Shown here: positions 34,240-52,200 of the stretch, piece by piece
How positions within the stretch are numbered: the first letter of the stretch is position 1
How the letters are laid out: each line of letters starts with the position of its first letter
NCBI GenBank assembly: GCA_964016885.1
Contig: OZ024741.1
Coordinates: 195,672,001-195,736,000 of the forward strand
Reading direction: 5' to 3'
Origin: Eledone cirrhosa
Lineage: Eukaryota
DNA: 64,000 nucleotides
Notes under the pieces: generated by a model
Seen by the model: the letters and a program-made list of their open reading frames with translations, nothing else
Told to the model about the DNA's origin: nothing
Databases searched by the model: none
Program-made: the position numbers and the translations under genes

Positions 34240-37200
34240 ACAGATATTATGACATTAGTCATCATATTAACTATCATTTCTTCACATATATGACACTAGT
34301 CATCATATTAACTATCATATCTTCACAGATATGACATTAGTCATCATATTAACTATCATTTTTTCACAGATATGACACTAGTCATCATATTAACTATCAT
34401 TTCTTCACAGATATAACACTAGTCATCATATTAACTATCATATCTTCACAGATATGACACTAGTCATCATATTAACTATCATTTCTTCATGGATATGACA
34501 TTAGTCATCATATTAACTCTCATATCTTCACAGATATGACACTAGTCATCATATAAACTATCATTTCTCCACAGATATGACATTAGTCATCATATTAGCT
34601 ATCATATCTTACAGATATGACACTAGTCATCATATTAATTATCATATCTTCACAGATATGACATTAGTCATCATATAAACTATCATATCTTCACAGATAT
34701 GACACTAGTCATCATATTAACTATCATTTCTTCACATATATGACATTAGTCATCATATTAACTATCGTATCTCACAGATATGACATTAGTCATCATATTA
34801 ACTATCATACCTTCACAGATATGACATTAGTAATCATATTAACTATCATTTCTTCACAGATATGACACTAGTCATCATATTAACTAACATTTCTTCACAG
34901 ATATGACGCTAGTCATCATATTAACTATCATATTCACAGATATGACACTAGTCATCATATTAACTATAATTTCTTCATAGATATGACATTAGTCATCATA
35001 TTAACTATCATACCTTCACAGATATGACATTAGTCATCATATTAACTATCATTTCTTCACAGATATGACATTAGTCATCATATTAACTATCATATCTTCA
35101 CAGATATGACATTAGTCATCATATAAACTATCATATCTTCACAGATATGATACTAGTCATCATATTAACTAACATTTCTTCACAGATATGACATTAGTCA
35201 TCATATTAACTATCATACCTTCACAGATATGACATTAGTCATCATATTAACTATCATTTCTTCACAGATATGACACTAGTTATCATATTAACTATCATAT
35301 TCACAGATATGACACTAGTCATCATATTAACTATCATTTCTTCATGGATATGACATTAGTCATCATATTAACTCTCATATCTTCACAGATATGACATTAG
35401 TCATCACTTAAACTATCATTTCTCCACAGATATGACATTAGTCATCATATTAGCTATCATTTCTTCACAGATATGACATGAGTCATCATATTAACTATCA
35501 TACCTTCACAGATGTGACATTAGTCATCATATTAACTATCATTTCTTCACAGATATGAGATTAGTCATCATCTTAACTATCATTTCTTCACATATATGAC
35601 ATGAGTCATCATATTAACTATCATATTCACAGATATGACACTAGTCATCATATTAACTATCATATTCACAGATATGACACTAGTCATCATATTAACTATC
35701 ATTTCTTCATGGATATGACATTAGTCATCATATTAACTATCATATCTTCACAGATATGACATTAGTCATCACTTAAACTATCATTTCTCCACAGATATGA
35801 CATTAGTCATCATATTAGCTATCATTTCTTCACAGATATGACATTAGTCATCATATTAACTATCATATCTTACAGATATGACACTAGTCATCATATTAAT
35901 TATCATATCTTTACATATATGATACTAGTCATCATATTAACTATCATTTCTTCACAGATATGACATTAGTCATCATATTAACTATCATATCTTCACAGAT
36001 ATTATGACATTAGTCATCATATTAACTATCATATTCACAGATATGACACTAGTCATCATATTAACTATCATTTCTTCACAGATATGACATTAGTCATCAT
36101 ATTAACTATCATTTCTTCACAGATATGACATTAGTCATCATATTAACTATCATATCTTCACAGATATGACATTAGTCATCATATTAACTATCATTTCTTC
36201 ATAGATATGACATTAGTCATCATATTAACTATCATACCTTCACAGATATGACATTAGTAATCATATTAACTATCATATCTTCACAGATATGACACTAGTC
36301 ATCATATTAACCATCATATCTTTACAGATATGACATTAGCCATCATATTAACTATCATATCTTTACAGATATGACATTAATCATCATATAAACTATCATA
36401 TCTTCACAGATATGACATTAGTCATAATATTAACTATCATTTCTTCACATATATGATACTAGTCATCATATTAACTATCATTTCTTCACAGAAATGACAC
36501 TAGTGATCATTTTAACTATCATTTCTCCACAGATATGACATTAGTCATCATATTAACTATCATTTCTTCACAGATATGACACTAGTCATCATATTAACTA
36601 TCATTTCTTCCTGGATATGACACTAGTCATATTAACTATCATATCCTCACAGATATGATATTAGTCATCATATAAACTATCATATCCTCACAGATATGAC
36701 ATTAGTCATCATATAAACTATCATATCTTCACAGATATGACATGAGTCATCATATTAACTATCATTTCTTCATAGATATGACATTAGTCATCATATTAAC
36801 TATCATATCTTCACAGATATGACACTTGTCATCATATTAACTATCACTTCTTCATGGATATGACATTAGTCATCATATTAACTATCATTTCTTCACAGAT
36901 ATGACACTAGTCATCATATTAACTATCATTTCTTCACAGATATGACATTAGTCATCATATTAACTATCGTTTCTTCACAGATATGACATTAGTCATCATA
37001 TTAACTATCATTTCTTCATAGATATGACATTAGTCATCATATTAACTATCATACCTTCACAGATATGACATTAGTCATCATATTAACTATCATATCTTCA
37101 CACATATGTCATTAGTCATCATATAAACTATCATATCTTCACAGATATGACACTAGTCATCATATTAACTATCATTTCTTCACATATATGACATTAGTCA

Positions 37201-40200
37201 TCATATTAACTATCATATTCAGAGATATGACACTAGTCATCATATTAACTATCATATTCACAGATATGACACTAGTCATCATATTAACTATCATTTCTTC
37301 ATGGATATGACATTAGTCATCATATTAACTATCATATCTTCACAGATATGACATTAGTCATCACTTAAACTATCATTTCTCCACAGATATGACATTATCA
37401 TCATATTAGCTATCATTTCTTCACAGATATGACATGAGTCATCATATTAACTATCATACCTTCACAGATGTGACATTAGTCATCATATTAACTATTATTT
37501 CTTCACAGATATGAGATTAGTCATCATCTTAACTATCATTTCTTCACATATATGACATGAGTCATCATATTAACTATCATTTCTTCATAGATATGACATT
37601 AGTCATCATATTAACTATCATATCTTACAGATATGACATTAGTCATCATATTAATTATCATATCTTTACATATATGATACTAGCGATCATATTAACTATC
37701 ATTTCTTCACAGATATGACATTAGTCATCATATTAACTATCATATCTTCACAGATATTATGACATTAGTCATCATATTAACTATCATATTCACAGATATG
37801 ACACTAGTCATCATATTAACTATCATTTCTTCACAGATATGACATTAGTCATCATATTAACTATCATTTCTTCACAGATATGACATTAGTCATCATATTA
37901 ACTATGATATCTTCACAGATATGACATTAGTCATCATATTAACTATCATTTCTTCATAGATATGACATTAGTCATCATAATAACTATCATACATTCACAG
38001 ATATGACATTAGTAATCATATTAACTATCATATCTTCACAGATATGACACTAGTCATCATATTAACCATCATATCTTCACAGATATGACATTAGTCATCA
38101 TATTAACTATCATTTCTTCACAGATATGACACTAGTCATCATATTAACTATCATTTCTTCATGGATATGACACTAGTTATATTAACTATCATATCCTCAC
38201 AGATATGATATTAGTCATCATATAAACTATCATATCCTCACAGATATGACATTAGTCATCATATAAACTATCATATCTTCACAGATATGACATGAGTCTT
38301 CATATTAACTATCATTTCTTCATAGATATGACATTAGTCATCATATTAACTATCATATCTTCACAGATATGACACTTATCATCATATTAACTATCACTTC
38401 TTCATGGATATGACATTAGTCATCATATTAACTATCATTTCTTCACAGATATGACATTAGTCATCATATTAACTATCATTTCTTCACAGATATGACATTA
38501 GTCATCATATTAACTATCATTTCTTCACAGATATGACACTAGTCATCATATTAACTATCATTTCTTCACAGATATGACATTAGTCATCATATTAACTATC
38601 ATATCTTCACAGATATGACATTAGTCATCATATAAACTATCATATCTTCACAGATATGACACTAGTCATCATATTAATAACATTTCATCACAGATATGAC
38701 ATTAGTCATCATATTAACTATCATATTCACATATATGACACTAGTCATCATATTAACTATCATATTCACAGATATGACACTAGTCATCATATTAACTATC
38801 ATTTCTTCATGGATATGACATTAGTCATCATATTAACTATCATATCTTCACAGATATGACATTAGTCATCACGTAAACTATCATTTCTCCACAGATATGA
38901 CATTAGTCATCATATTAGCTATCATTTCTTCACAGATATGGCATGAGTCATCATATTAACTATCATACCTTCACAGATGTGACATTAGTCATCATATTAA
39001 CTATCATTTCTTCACAGATATGAGATTAGTCATCATCCTAACTATCATTTCTTCACATATATGACATGAGTCATCATATTAACTATCATATTCACAGATA
39101 TGACACTAGTCATCATATTAACTATCATTTCTTCACAGATATGACATTAGTCATCATATTAACTATCATTTCTTCACAGATATGACATTAGTCATCATAT
39201 TAACTATCATATCTTCACAGATATGACATTAGTCATCATATTAACTATCATTTCTTCAGAGATATGACATTAGTCATCATAATAACTATCATACATTCAC
39301 AGATATGACATTAGTAATCATATTAACTATCATATCTTCACAGATATGACACTAGTCATCATATTAACCATCATATCTTCACAGATATGACATTAGTCAT
39401 CATATTAACTATCATTTCTTCACAGATATGACACTAGTCATCATATTAACTATCATTTCTTCATGGATATGACACTAGTTATATTAACTATCATATCCTC
39501 ACAGATATGATATTAGTCATCATATAAACTATCATATCCTCACAGGTATGACATTAGTCATCATATAAACTATCATATCTTCACAGATATGACATGAGTC
39601 ATCATATTAACTATCATTTCTTCATAGATATGACATTAGTCATCATATTAACTATCATATCTTAACAGATATGACACTTGTCATCATATTAACTATCACT
39701 TCTTCATGGATATGACATTAGTCATCATATTAACTATCATTTCTTCACAGATATGACATTAGTCATCATATTAACTATCATTTCTTCACAGATATGACAT
39801 TAGTCATCATATTAACTATCATTTCTTCACAGATATGACACTAGTCATCATATTAACTATCATTTCTTCACATATATGACATTAGTCATCATATTAACTA
39901 TCGTATCTCACAGATATGACATCAGTCATCATATTAACTATCATACCTTCACAGATATGACATTAGTAATCATATTAACTATCATTTCTTCACAGATATG
40001 ACACTAATCATCATATTAACTAACATTTCTTCACAGATATGATGCTAGTCATCATATTAACTATCATATTCACAGATATGACACTAGTCATCATATTAAC
40101 TATCATTTCTTCATAGATATGACATTAGTCATCATATTAACTATCATACCTTCACAGATATGACATTAGGCTTCATATTAACTATCATTTCTTCACAGAT

Positions 40201-43200
40201 ATGACATTAGTCATCATATTAACTATCATATCTTCACAGATATGACATTAGTCATCATATAAACTATCATATCTTCACAGATATGACACTAGTCATCATA
40301 TTAACTAACATTTCATCACAGATATGACATTAGTCATCATATTAACTATCATATTCACAGATATGACACTAGTCATCATATTAACTATCATTTCTTCATG
40401 GATATGACATTAGTCATCATATTAACTATCATATCTTCACAGATATGTCATTAGTCATCACTTAAACTATCATTTCTCCACAGATATGACATTAGTCATC
40501 ATATTAGCTATCATTTCTTCACAGATATGACATGAGTCATCATATTAACTATCATACCTTCACAGATGTGACATTAGTCATCATATTAACTATCATTTCT
40601 TCACAGATATGAGATTAGTCATCATCCTAACTATCATTTCTTCACATATATGACATGAGTCATCATATTAACTATCATATTCACAGATATGACACTAGTC
40701 ATCATATTAACTATCATATTCACAGATATGACACTAGTCATCATATTAACTATCATTTCTTCATGGATATGACATTAGTCATCATATTAACTATCATATC
40801 TTCACAGATATGACATTAGTCATCACTTAAACTATCATTTCTTCACAGATATGACGACATTAGTCATCATATTAGCTATCATTTCTTCACATATATGACA
40901 TGAGTCATCATATTAACTATCATTTCTTCATAGATATGACATTAGTCATCATATTAACTATCATATCTTACAGATATGACACTAGTCATCATATTAATTA
41001 TCATATCTTTACATATATGATACCAGTGATCATATTAACTATCATTTCTTCACAGATATGACATTAGTCATCATATTAACTATCATATCTTCACAGATAT
41101 TATGACATTAGTCATCATATTAACTATCATATTCACAGATATGACACTAGTCATCATATTAACTATCATTTCTTCATAGATATGACATTAGTCATCATAA
41201 TAACTATCATACCTTCACAGATATGACATTAGTAATCATATTAACTATCATATCTTCACAGATATGATACTAGTCATCATATTAACCATCATGTCTTCAC
41301 AGATATGACATTAGTCATCATATTAACTATCATTTCTTCACAGATATGACACTAGTCATCATATTAACTATCATTTCTTCATGGATATGACACTAGTCAT
41401 ATTAACTATCATATCCTCACAGATATGATATTAGTCATCATATAAACTATCATATCCTCACAGATATGACAATCGTCATCATATAAACTATCATATCTTC
41501 ACAGATATGACATGAGTCATCATATTAACTATCATTTCTTCATAGATATGACATTAGTCATCATATTAACTATCATATCTTCACAGATATGACACTTGTC
41601 ATCATATTAACTATCACTTCTTCATGGATATGACATTAGTCATCATATTGACTATCATTTCTTCACAGATATGACACTAGTCATCATATTAACTATCATT
41701 TCTTCACAGATATGACATTAGTCATCATATTAACTATCATTTCTTCACAGATATGACATTAGTCATCATATTAACTATCATTTCTTCATAGATATGACAT
41801 TAGTCATCATATTAACTATCATACCTTCACAGATATGACATTAGTCATCATATTAACTATCATATCTTCACACATATGTCATTAGTCATCATATAAACTA
41901 TCATATCTTCACAGATATGACACTAGTCATCATATTAACTATCATTTCTTCACATATATGACATTAGTCATCATATTAACTATCGTATCTCACAGATATG
42001 ACATTAGTCATCATATTAACTATCATACCTTCACAGATATGACATTAGTAATCATATTAACTATCATTTCTTCATAGATATGACACTAGTCATCATATTA
42101 ACTAACATTTCTTCACAGATATGACGCTAGTCATCATATTAACTATCATATTCACAGATATGACACTAGTCATCATATTAACTATCATTTTTTCATAGAT
42201 ATGACATTAGTCATCATATTAACTATCATACCTTCACAGATATGACATTAGTCATCATATTAACTATCATTTCTTCACAGATATGACATTAGTCATCATA
42301 TTAACTATCATATCTTCACAGATATGACATTAGTCATCATATAAACTATCATATCTTCACAGATATGACACTAGTCATCATATTAACTAACATTTCTTCA
42401 CAGATATGACATTAGTCATCATATTAATTATCATATTCACAGATATGACACTAGTCATCATATTAACTATCATTTCTTCATGGATATGACATTAGTCATC
42501 ATATTAACTATCATATCTTCACAGATATGACATTAGTCATCACTTAAACTATCATTTCTCCACAGATATGACATTAGTCATCATATTAGCTATCATTTCT
42601 TCACAGATATGACATGAGTCATCATATTAACTATCATACCTTCACAGATGTGACATTAGTCATCATATTAACTATCATTTCGTCACAGATATGAGATTAG
42701 TCATCATCTTAACTATCATTTCTTCACATATATGACATGAGTCATCATATTAACTATCAAATCTTTCAGATATGACACTAGTCATCATATTAATTATCAT
42801 ATCTTTACATATATGATACTAGTGATCATATTGACTATCATTTATTCACAGATATGACATTAGTCATCATATTAACTATCATATCTTCACAGATATTATG
42901 ACATTAGTCATCATATTAACTATCATATTCACAGATATGACACTAGTCATCATATTAACTATCATTTCTTCACAGATATGACATTAGTCATCATATTAAC
43001 TATCATTTCTTCACAGATATGACATTAGTCATCATATTAACTATCATATCTTCACAGATATGACATTAGTCATCATATTAACTATCATTTCTTCATAGAT
43101 ATGACATTAGTCATCATATTAACTATCATACCTTCACAGATATAACATTAGTAATCATATTAACTATCATATCTTCACAGATATGACACTAGTCATCATA

Positions 43201-46200
43201 TTAACCATCATATCTTCACAGATATGACATTAGTCATCATATTAACTATCATATCTTCACATATATGACATGAGTCATCATATTAACTATCATATTCACA
43301 GATATGACACTAGTCATCATATTAACTATCATATTCACAGATATGACACTAGTCATCATATTAACTATCATTTCTTCATGGATATGACATTAGTCATCAT
43401 ATTAACTATCATATCTTCACAGATATGACATTAGTCATCACTTAAACTATCATTTCTTCACAGATATGACATTGGTCATCATATTAGCTATCATTTCTTC
43501 ACATATATGACATGAGTCATCATATTAACTATCATTTCTTCATAGATATGACATTAGTCATCATATTAACTATCATATCTTACAGATATGACACTAGTCA
43601 TCATATTAATTATCATATCTTTACATATATGATACTAGTGATCATATTAACTATCATTTCTTCACAGATATGACATTAGTCATCATATTAACTATCATAT
43701 CTTCACAGATATTATGACATTAGTCATCATATTAACTATCATATTCACAGATATGACACTAGTCATCATATTAACTATCATTTCTTCACAGATATGACAT
43801 TAGTCATCATATTAACTATCATTTCTTCACAGATATGACGTTAGTCATCATATTAACTATCATATCTTCACAGATATGACATTAGTCATCATATTAACTA
43901 TCATTTCTTCATAGATATGACATTAGTCATCATAATAACTATCATACCTTCACAGATATGACATAAGTAATCATATTAACTATCATATCTTCACAGATAT
44001 GACACTAGTCATCATATTAACCATCATGTCTTCACAGATATGACATTAGTCATCATATTAACTATCATTTCTTCACAGATATGACACTAGTCATCATATT
44101 AACTATCATTTCTTCATGGATATGACACTAGTCATATTAACTATCATATCCTCACAGATATGATATTAGTCATCATATAAACTATCATATCCTCACAGAT
44201 ATGACAATCGTCATCATATAAACTATCATATCTTCACAGATATGACATGAGTCATCATATTAACTATCATTTCTTCATAGATATGACATTAGTCATCATA
44301 TTAACTATCATATCTTCACAGATATGACACTTGTCATCATATTAACTATCACTTCTTCATGGATATGACATTAGTCATCATATTGACTATCATTTCTTTA
44401 CAGATATGACACTAGTCATCATATTAACTATCATTTCTTCACAGATATGACATTAGTCATCATATTAACTATCATTTCTTCACAGATATGACATTAGTCA
44501 TCATATTAACTATCATTTCTTCATAGATATGACATTAGTCATCATATTAACTATCATACCTTCACAGATATGACATTAGTCATCATATTAACTATCATAT
44601 CTTCACAGATATGACACTAGTCATCATATTAACTATCATTTCTTCACATATATGACATTAGTCATCATATTAACTATCGTATCTCACAGATATGACATTA
44701 GTCATCATATTAACTATCATACCTTCACAGATATGACATTAGTAATCATATTAACTATCATTTTTTCATAGATATGACACTAGTCATCATATTAACTAAC
44801 ATTTCTTCACAGATATGACGCTAGTCATCATATTAACTATCATATTCACAGATATGACACTAGTCATCATATTAACTCTCATTTCTTCATAGATATGACA
44901 TTAGTCATCATATTAACTATCATACCTTCACAGATATGACATTAGTCATCATATTAACTATCATATCTTCACAGATATGACATTAATCATCATATAAACT
45001 ATCATATCTTCACAGATATGACACTAGTCATCATATTAACTAACATTTCTTCACAGATATGACATTAGTCATCATATTAATTATCATATTCACTGATATG
45101 ACACTAGTCATCATATTAACTATCATATTCACAGATATGACACTAGTCATCATATTAACTATCATTTCTTCATGGATATGACATTAGTCATCATATTAAC
45201 TATCATATCTTCACAGATATGACATTAGTCATCACTTAAACTATCATTTCTCCACAGATATGACATTAGTCATCATATTAGCTATCATTTCTTCACAGAT
45301 ATGACATGAGTCATCATATTAACTATCATACCTTCACAGATGTGACATTAGTCATCATATTAACTATCATTTCGTCACAGATATGAGATTAGTCATCATC
45401 TTAACTATCATTTCTTCACATATATGACATGAGTCATCATATTAACTATCAAATCTTACAGATATGACACTAGTCATCATATTAATTATCATATCTTTAC
45501 ATATATGATACTAGTGATCATATTAACTATCATTTATTCACAGATATGACATTAGTCATCATATTAACTATCATATCTTCACAGATATTATGACATTAGT
45601 CATCATATTAACTATCATATTCACAGATATGACACTAGTCATCATATTAACTATCATTTCTTCACAGATATGACATTAGTCATCATATTAACTATCATTT
45701 CTTCATAGATATGACATTAGTCATCATATTAACTATCATTTCTTCATAGATATGACATTAGTCATCATATTAACTATCATACCTTCACAGATATAACATT
45801 AGTAATCATATTAACTATCATATCTTCACAGATATGACACTAGTCATCATATTAACCATCATATCTTCACAGATATGACATTAGTCATCATATTAACTAT
45901 CATATCTTCACAGATATGACATTAGTCATCATATTAACTATCATTTCTTCACAGATATGACATTAGTCATCATATTAACTATCATTTCTTCACATATATG
46001 ACACTAGTCATCATATTAACTATCATTTCATCACAGAAATGACACTAGTCATCATATTAACTATCATTTCTTCACAGATATGACACTAGTCATCATATTA
46101 ACTATCATTTCTTCATGGATATGACACTAGTCATATTAACTATCATATCCTCACCGATATGACATTAGTCATCATATAAACTATCATATCTTCACAGATA

Positions 46201-49200
46201 TGACATGAGTCATCATATTAACTATCATTTCTTCATAGATATGACATTAGTCATCATATTAACTATCATTTCTTCACAGATATGACACTAGTCATCATAT
46301 TAACTATCATTTCTTCACAGATATGACATTAGTCATCATATTAACTATCATTTCTTCACAGATATGACATTAGTCATCATATTAACTATCATTTCTTCAT
46401 AGATATGACATTAGTCTTCCTATTAACTATCATATCTTACAGATATGAAACTAGTCATCATATTAATTATCATATCTTTACATATATGATACTAGTCATC
46501 ATATTAACTATCATTTCTTCACAGATATGACATTAGTCATCATATTAACTATCATATCTTCACAGATATTATGACATTAGTCATCATATTAACTATCATA
46601 TTCACAGATATGACACTAGTCATCATATTAACTATCATTTCTTCACAGATATGACATTAGTCATCATATTAACTATCATTTCTTCACAGATATGACATTA
46701 GTCATCATATTAACTATCATATCTTCACAGATATGACATTAGTCATCATATTAACTATCATTTCTTCATAGATATGACATTAGTCATCATATTAACTATC
46801 ATACCTTCACAGATATGACATTAGTAATCATATTAACTATCATGTCTTCACAGATATGACACAAGTCATCATATTAACCATATATATCTTCACAGATATG
46901 ACATTAGTCATCATATTAACTATCATATCTTCACAGATATGACATTAGTCATCATATTAACTATCATATCTTCACAGATATGACATTAGTAATCATATTA
47001 ACTATCATGTCTTCACAGATATGACACAAGTCATCATATTAACCATATATATCTTCACAGATATGACATTAGTCATCATATTAACTATCATATCTTCACA
47101 GATATGACATTAGTCATCATATTAACTATCATATCTTCACAGATATGACATTAATCATCATATAAACTATCATATCTTCACAGATATGACATTAGTCATA
47201 ATATTAGCTATCATTTCTTCACAGATATGACATTAGTCATCATATTAACTATCATTTCTTCACAGATATGACACTAGTCATCATATTAACTATCATTTCT
47301 TCATGGATATGACACTAGTCATATTAACTATCATATCCTCACAGATATGATATTAGTCATCATATAAACTATCATATCCTCACAGATATGACATTAGTCA
47401 TCATATAAACTATCATATCTTCACAGATATGACATGAGTCATCATATTAACTGTCATATCTTCACAGATATGACACTTGTCATCATATTAACTATCACTT
47501 CTTCATGGATATGACATTAGTCATCATATTAACTATCATTTCTTCACAGATATGACACTAGTCATCATATTAACTATCATTTCTTCACAGATATGACATT
47601 AGTCATCATATTAACTATCATTTCTTCACAGATATGACATTAGTCATCATATTAACTATCATTTCTTCATAGATATGACATTAGTCATCATATTAACTAT
47701 CATATCTTCACACATATGACATTAGTCATCATATAAACTATCATATCTTCACAGATATGGCACTAGTCATCATATTAACTATCATTTCTTCACAGATATG
47801 ACACTAGTCATCATATTAACTATCATATTTACAGATATAACCCATGTCATCATATTAACTATAATTTCTTCATGGATATGACATTAGTCATCATATTAAC
47901 TACCATTTCCTCACAGATATTATGACATTAGTCATCATATAAACTATCATATCTTCACAGATATGACATTAGTCATCATATTAACTATCATTTCTTCACA
48001 GATATGACAGTAGTCATCATATAAACTATCATATCTTCACAGATATGACACTAGTCATCATATTAACTATCATATCTTCACACCTATGACATTAGTCATC
48101 ATATAAATTATCATATCTTCACAGATATGACATTAGTCATCATATTAACTATCATTTCTTCACAGATATGACATTAGTCATCATATTAACTATCATATTC
48201 ACAGATATGACACTAGTCATCATATTAACTATCATATTCACAGATATGACACTAGTCATCATATTAACTATCATTTCTTCATGGATATGACATTAGTCAT
48301 GATATTAACTATCATATCTTCACAGATATGACATTAGTCATCACTTAAACTATCATTTCTCCACAGATATGACATTAGTCATCATATTAGCTATCATTTC
48401 TTCACAGATATGACATGAGTCATCATATTAACTATCATATCTTCACATATATGACATTAGTCATCATATTAACTATCGTATCTCACAGATATGACATCAG
48501 TCATCATATTAACTATCATACCTTCACAGATATGACATTAGTAATCATATTAACTATCATTTCTTCACAGATATGACACTAATCATCATATTAACTAACA
48601 TTTCTTCACAGATATGATGCTAGTCATCATATTAACTATCATATTCACAGATATGACACTAGTCATCATATTAACTATCATTTCTTCATAGATATGACAT
48701 TAGTCATCATATTAACTATCATACCTTCACAGATATGACATTAGGCTTCATATTAACTATCATTTCTTCACAGATATGACATTAGTCATCATATTAACTA
48801 TCATATCTTCACAGATATGACATTAGTCATCATATAAACTATCATATCTTCACAGATATGACACTAGTCATCATATTAACTAACATTTCATCACAGATAT
48901 GACATTAGTCATCATATTAACTATCATATTCACAGATATGACACTAGTCATCATATTAACTATCATTTCTTCATGGATATGACATTAGTCATCATATTAA
49001 CTATCATATCTTCACAGATATGTCATTAGTCATCACTTAAACTATCATTTCTCCACAGATATGACATTAGTCATCATATTAGCTATCATTTCTTCACAGA
49101 TATGACATGAGTCATCATATTAACTATCATACCTTCACAGATGTGACATTAGTCATCATATTAACTATCATTTCTTCACAGATATGAGATTAGTCATCAT

Positions 49201-52200
49201 CCTAACTATCATTTCTTCACATATATGACATGAGTCATCATATTAACTATCATATTCACAGATATGACACTAGTCATCATATTAACTATCATATTCACAG
49301 ATATGACACTAGTCATCATATTAACTATCATTTCTTCATGGATATGACATTAGTCATCATATTAACTATCATATCTTCACAGATATGACATTAGTCATCA
49401 CTTAAACTATCATTTCTTCACAGATATGACGACATTAGTCATCATATTAGCTATCATTTCTTCACATATATGACATGAGTCATCATATTAACTATCATTT
49501 CTTCATAGATATGACATTAGTCATCATATTAACTATCATATCTTACAGATATGACACTAGTCATCATATTAATTATCATATCTTTACATATATGATACCA
49601 GTGATCATATTAACTATCATTTCTTCACAGATATGACATTAGTCATCATATTAACTATCATATCTTCACAGATATTATGACATTAGTCATCATATTAACT
49701 ATCATATTCACAGATATGACACTAGTCATCATATTAACTATCATTTCTTCATAGATATGACATTAGTCATCATAATAACTATCATACCTTCACAGATATG
49801 ACATTAGTAATCATATTAACTATCATATCTTCACAGATATGATACTAGTCATCATATTAACCATCATGTCTTCACAGATATGACATTAGTCATCATATTA
49901 ACTATCATTTCTTCACAGATATGACACTAGTCATCATATTAACTATCATTTCTTCATGGATATGACACTAGTCATATTAACTATCATATCCTCACAGATA
50001 TGATATTAGTCATCATATAAACTATCATATCCTCACAGATATGACAATCGTCATCATATAAACTATCATATCTTCACAGATATGACATGAGTCATCATAT
50101 TAACTATCATTTCTTCATAGATATGACATTAGTCATCATATTAACTATCATATCTTCACAGATATGACACTTGTCATCATATTAACTATCACTTCTTCAT
50201 GGATATGACATTAGTCATCATATTGACTATCATTTCTTCACAGATATGACACTAGTCATCATATTAACTATCATTTCTTCACAGATATGACATTAGTCAT
50301 CATATTAACTATCATTTCTTCACAGATATGACATTAGTCATCATATTAACTATCATTTCTTCATAGATATGACATTAGTCATCATATTAACTATCATACC
50401 TTCACAGATATGACATTAGTCATCATATTAACTATCATATCTTCACACATATGTCATTAGTCATCATATAAACTATCATATCTTCACAGATATGACACTA
50501 GTCATCATATTAACTATCATTTCTTCACATATATGACATTAGTCATCATATTAACTATCGTATCTCACAGATATGACATTAGTCATCATATTAACTATCA
50601 TACCTTCACAGATATGACATTAGTAATCATATTAACTATCATTTCTTCATAGATATGACACTAGTCATCATATTAACTAACATTTCTTCACAGATATGAC
50701 GCTAGTCATCATATTAACTATCATATTCACAGATATGACACTAGTCATCATATTAACTATCATTTTTTCATAGATATGACATTAGTCATCATATTAACTA
50801 TCATACCTTCACAGATATGACATTAGTCATCATATTAACTATCATTTCTTCACAGATATGACATTAGTCATCATATTAACTATCATATCTTCACAGATAT
50901 GACATTAGTCATCATATAAACTATCATATCTTCACAGATATGACACTAGTCATCATATTAACTAACATTTCTTCACAGATATGACATTAGTCATCATATT
51001 AATTATCATATTCACAGATATGACACTAGTCATCATATTAACTATCATTTCTTCATGGATATGACATTAGTCATCATATTAACTATCATATCTTCACAGA
51101 TATGACATTAGTCATCACTTAAACTATCATTTCTCCACAGATATGACATTAGTCATCATATTAGCTATCATTTCTTCACAGATATGACATGAGTCATCAT
51201 ATTAACTATCATACCTTCACAGATGTGACATTAGTCATCATATTAACTATCATTTCGTCACAGATATGAGATTAGTCATCATCTTAACTATCATTTCTTC
51301 ACATATATGACATGAGTCATCATATTAACTATCAAATCTTTCAGATATGACACTAGTCATCATATTAATTATCATATCTTTACATATATGATACTAGTGA
51401 TCATATTGACTATCATTTATTCACAGATATGACATTAGTCATCATATTAACTATCATATCTTCACAGATATTATGACATTAGTCATCATATTAACTATCA
51501 TATTCACAGATATGACACTAGTCATCATATTAACTATCATTTCTTCACAGATATGACATTAGTCATCATATTAACTATCATTTCTTCACAGATATGACAT
51601 TAGTCATCATATTAACTATCATATCTTCACAGATATGACATTAGTCATCATATTAACTATCATTTCTTCATAGATATGACATTAGTCATCATATTAACTA
51701 TCATACCTTCACAGATATAACATTAGTAATCATATTAACTATCATATCTTCACAGATATGACACTAGTCATCATATTAACCATCATATCTTCACAGATAT
51801 GACATTAGTCATCATATTAACTATCATATCTTCACATATATGACATGAGTCATCATATTAACTATCATATTCACAGATATGACACTAGTCATCATATTAA
51901 CTATCATATTCACAGATATGACACTAGTCATCATATTAACTATCATTTCTTCATGGATATGACATTAGTCATCATATTAACTATCATATCTTCACAGATA
52001 TGACATTAGTCATCACTTAAACTATCATTTCTTCACAGATATGACATTGGTCATCATATTAGCTATCATTTCTTCACATATATGACATGAGTCATCATAT
52101 TAACTATCATTTCTTCATAGATATGACATTAGTCATCATATTAACTATCATATCTTACAGATATGACACTAGTCATCATATTAATTATCATATCTTTACA

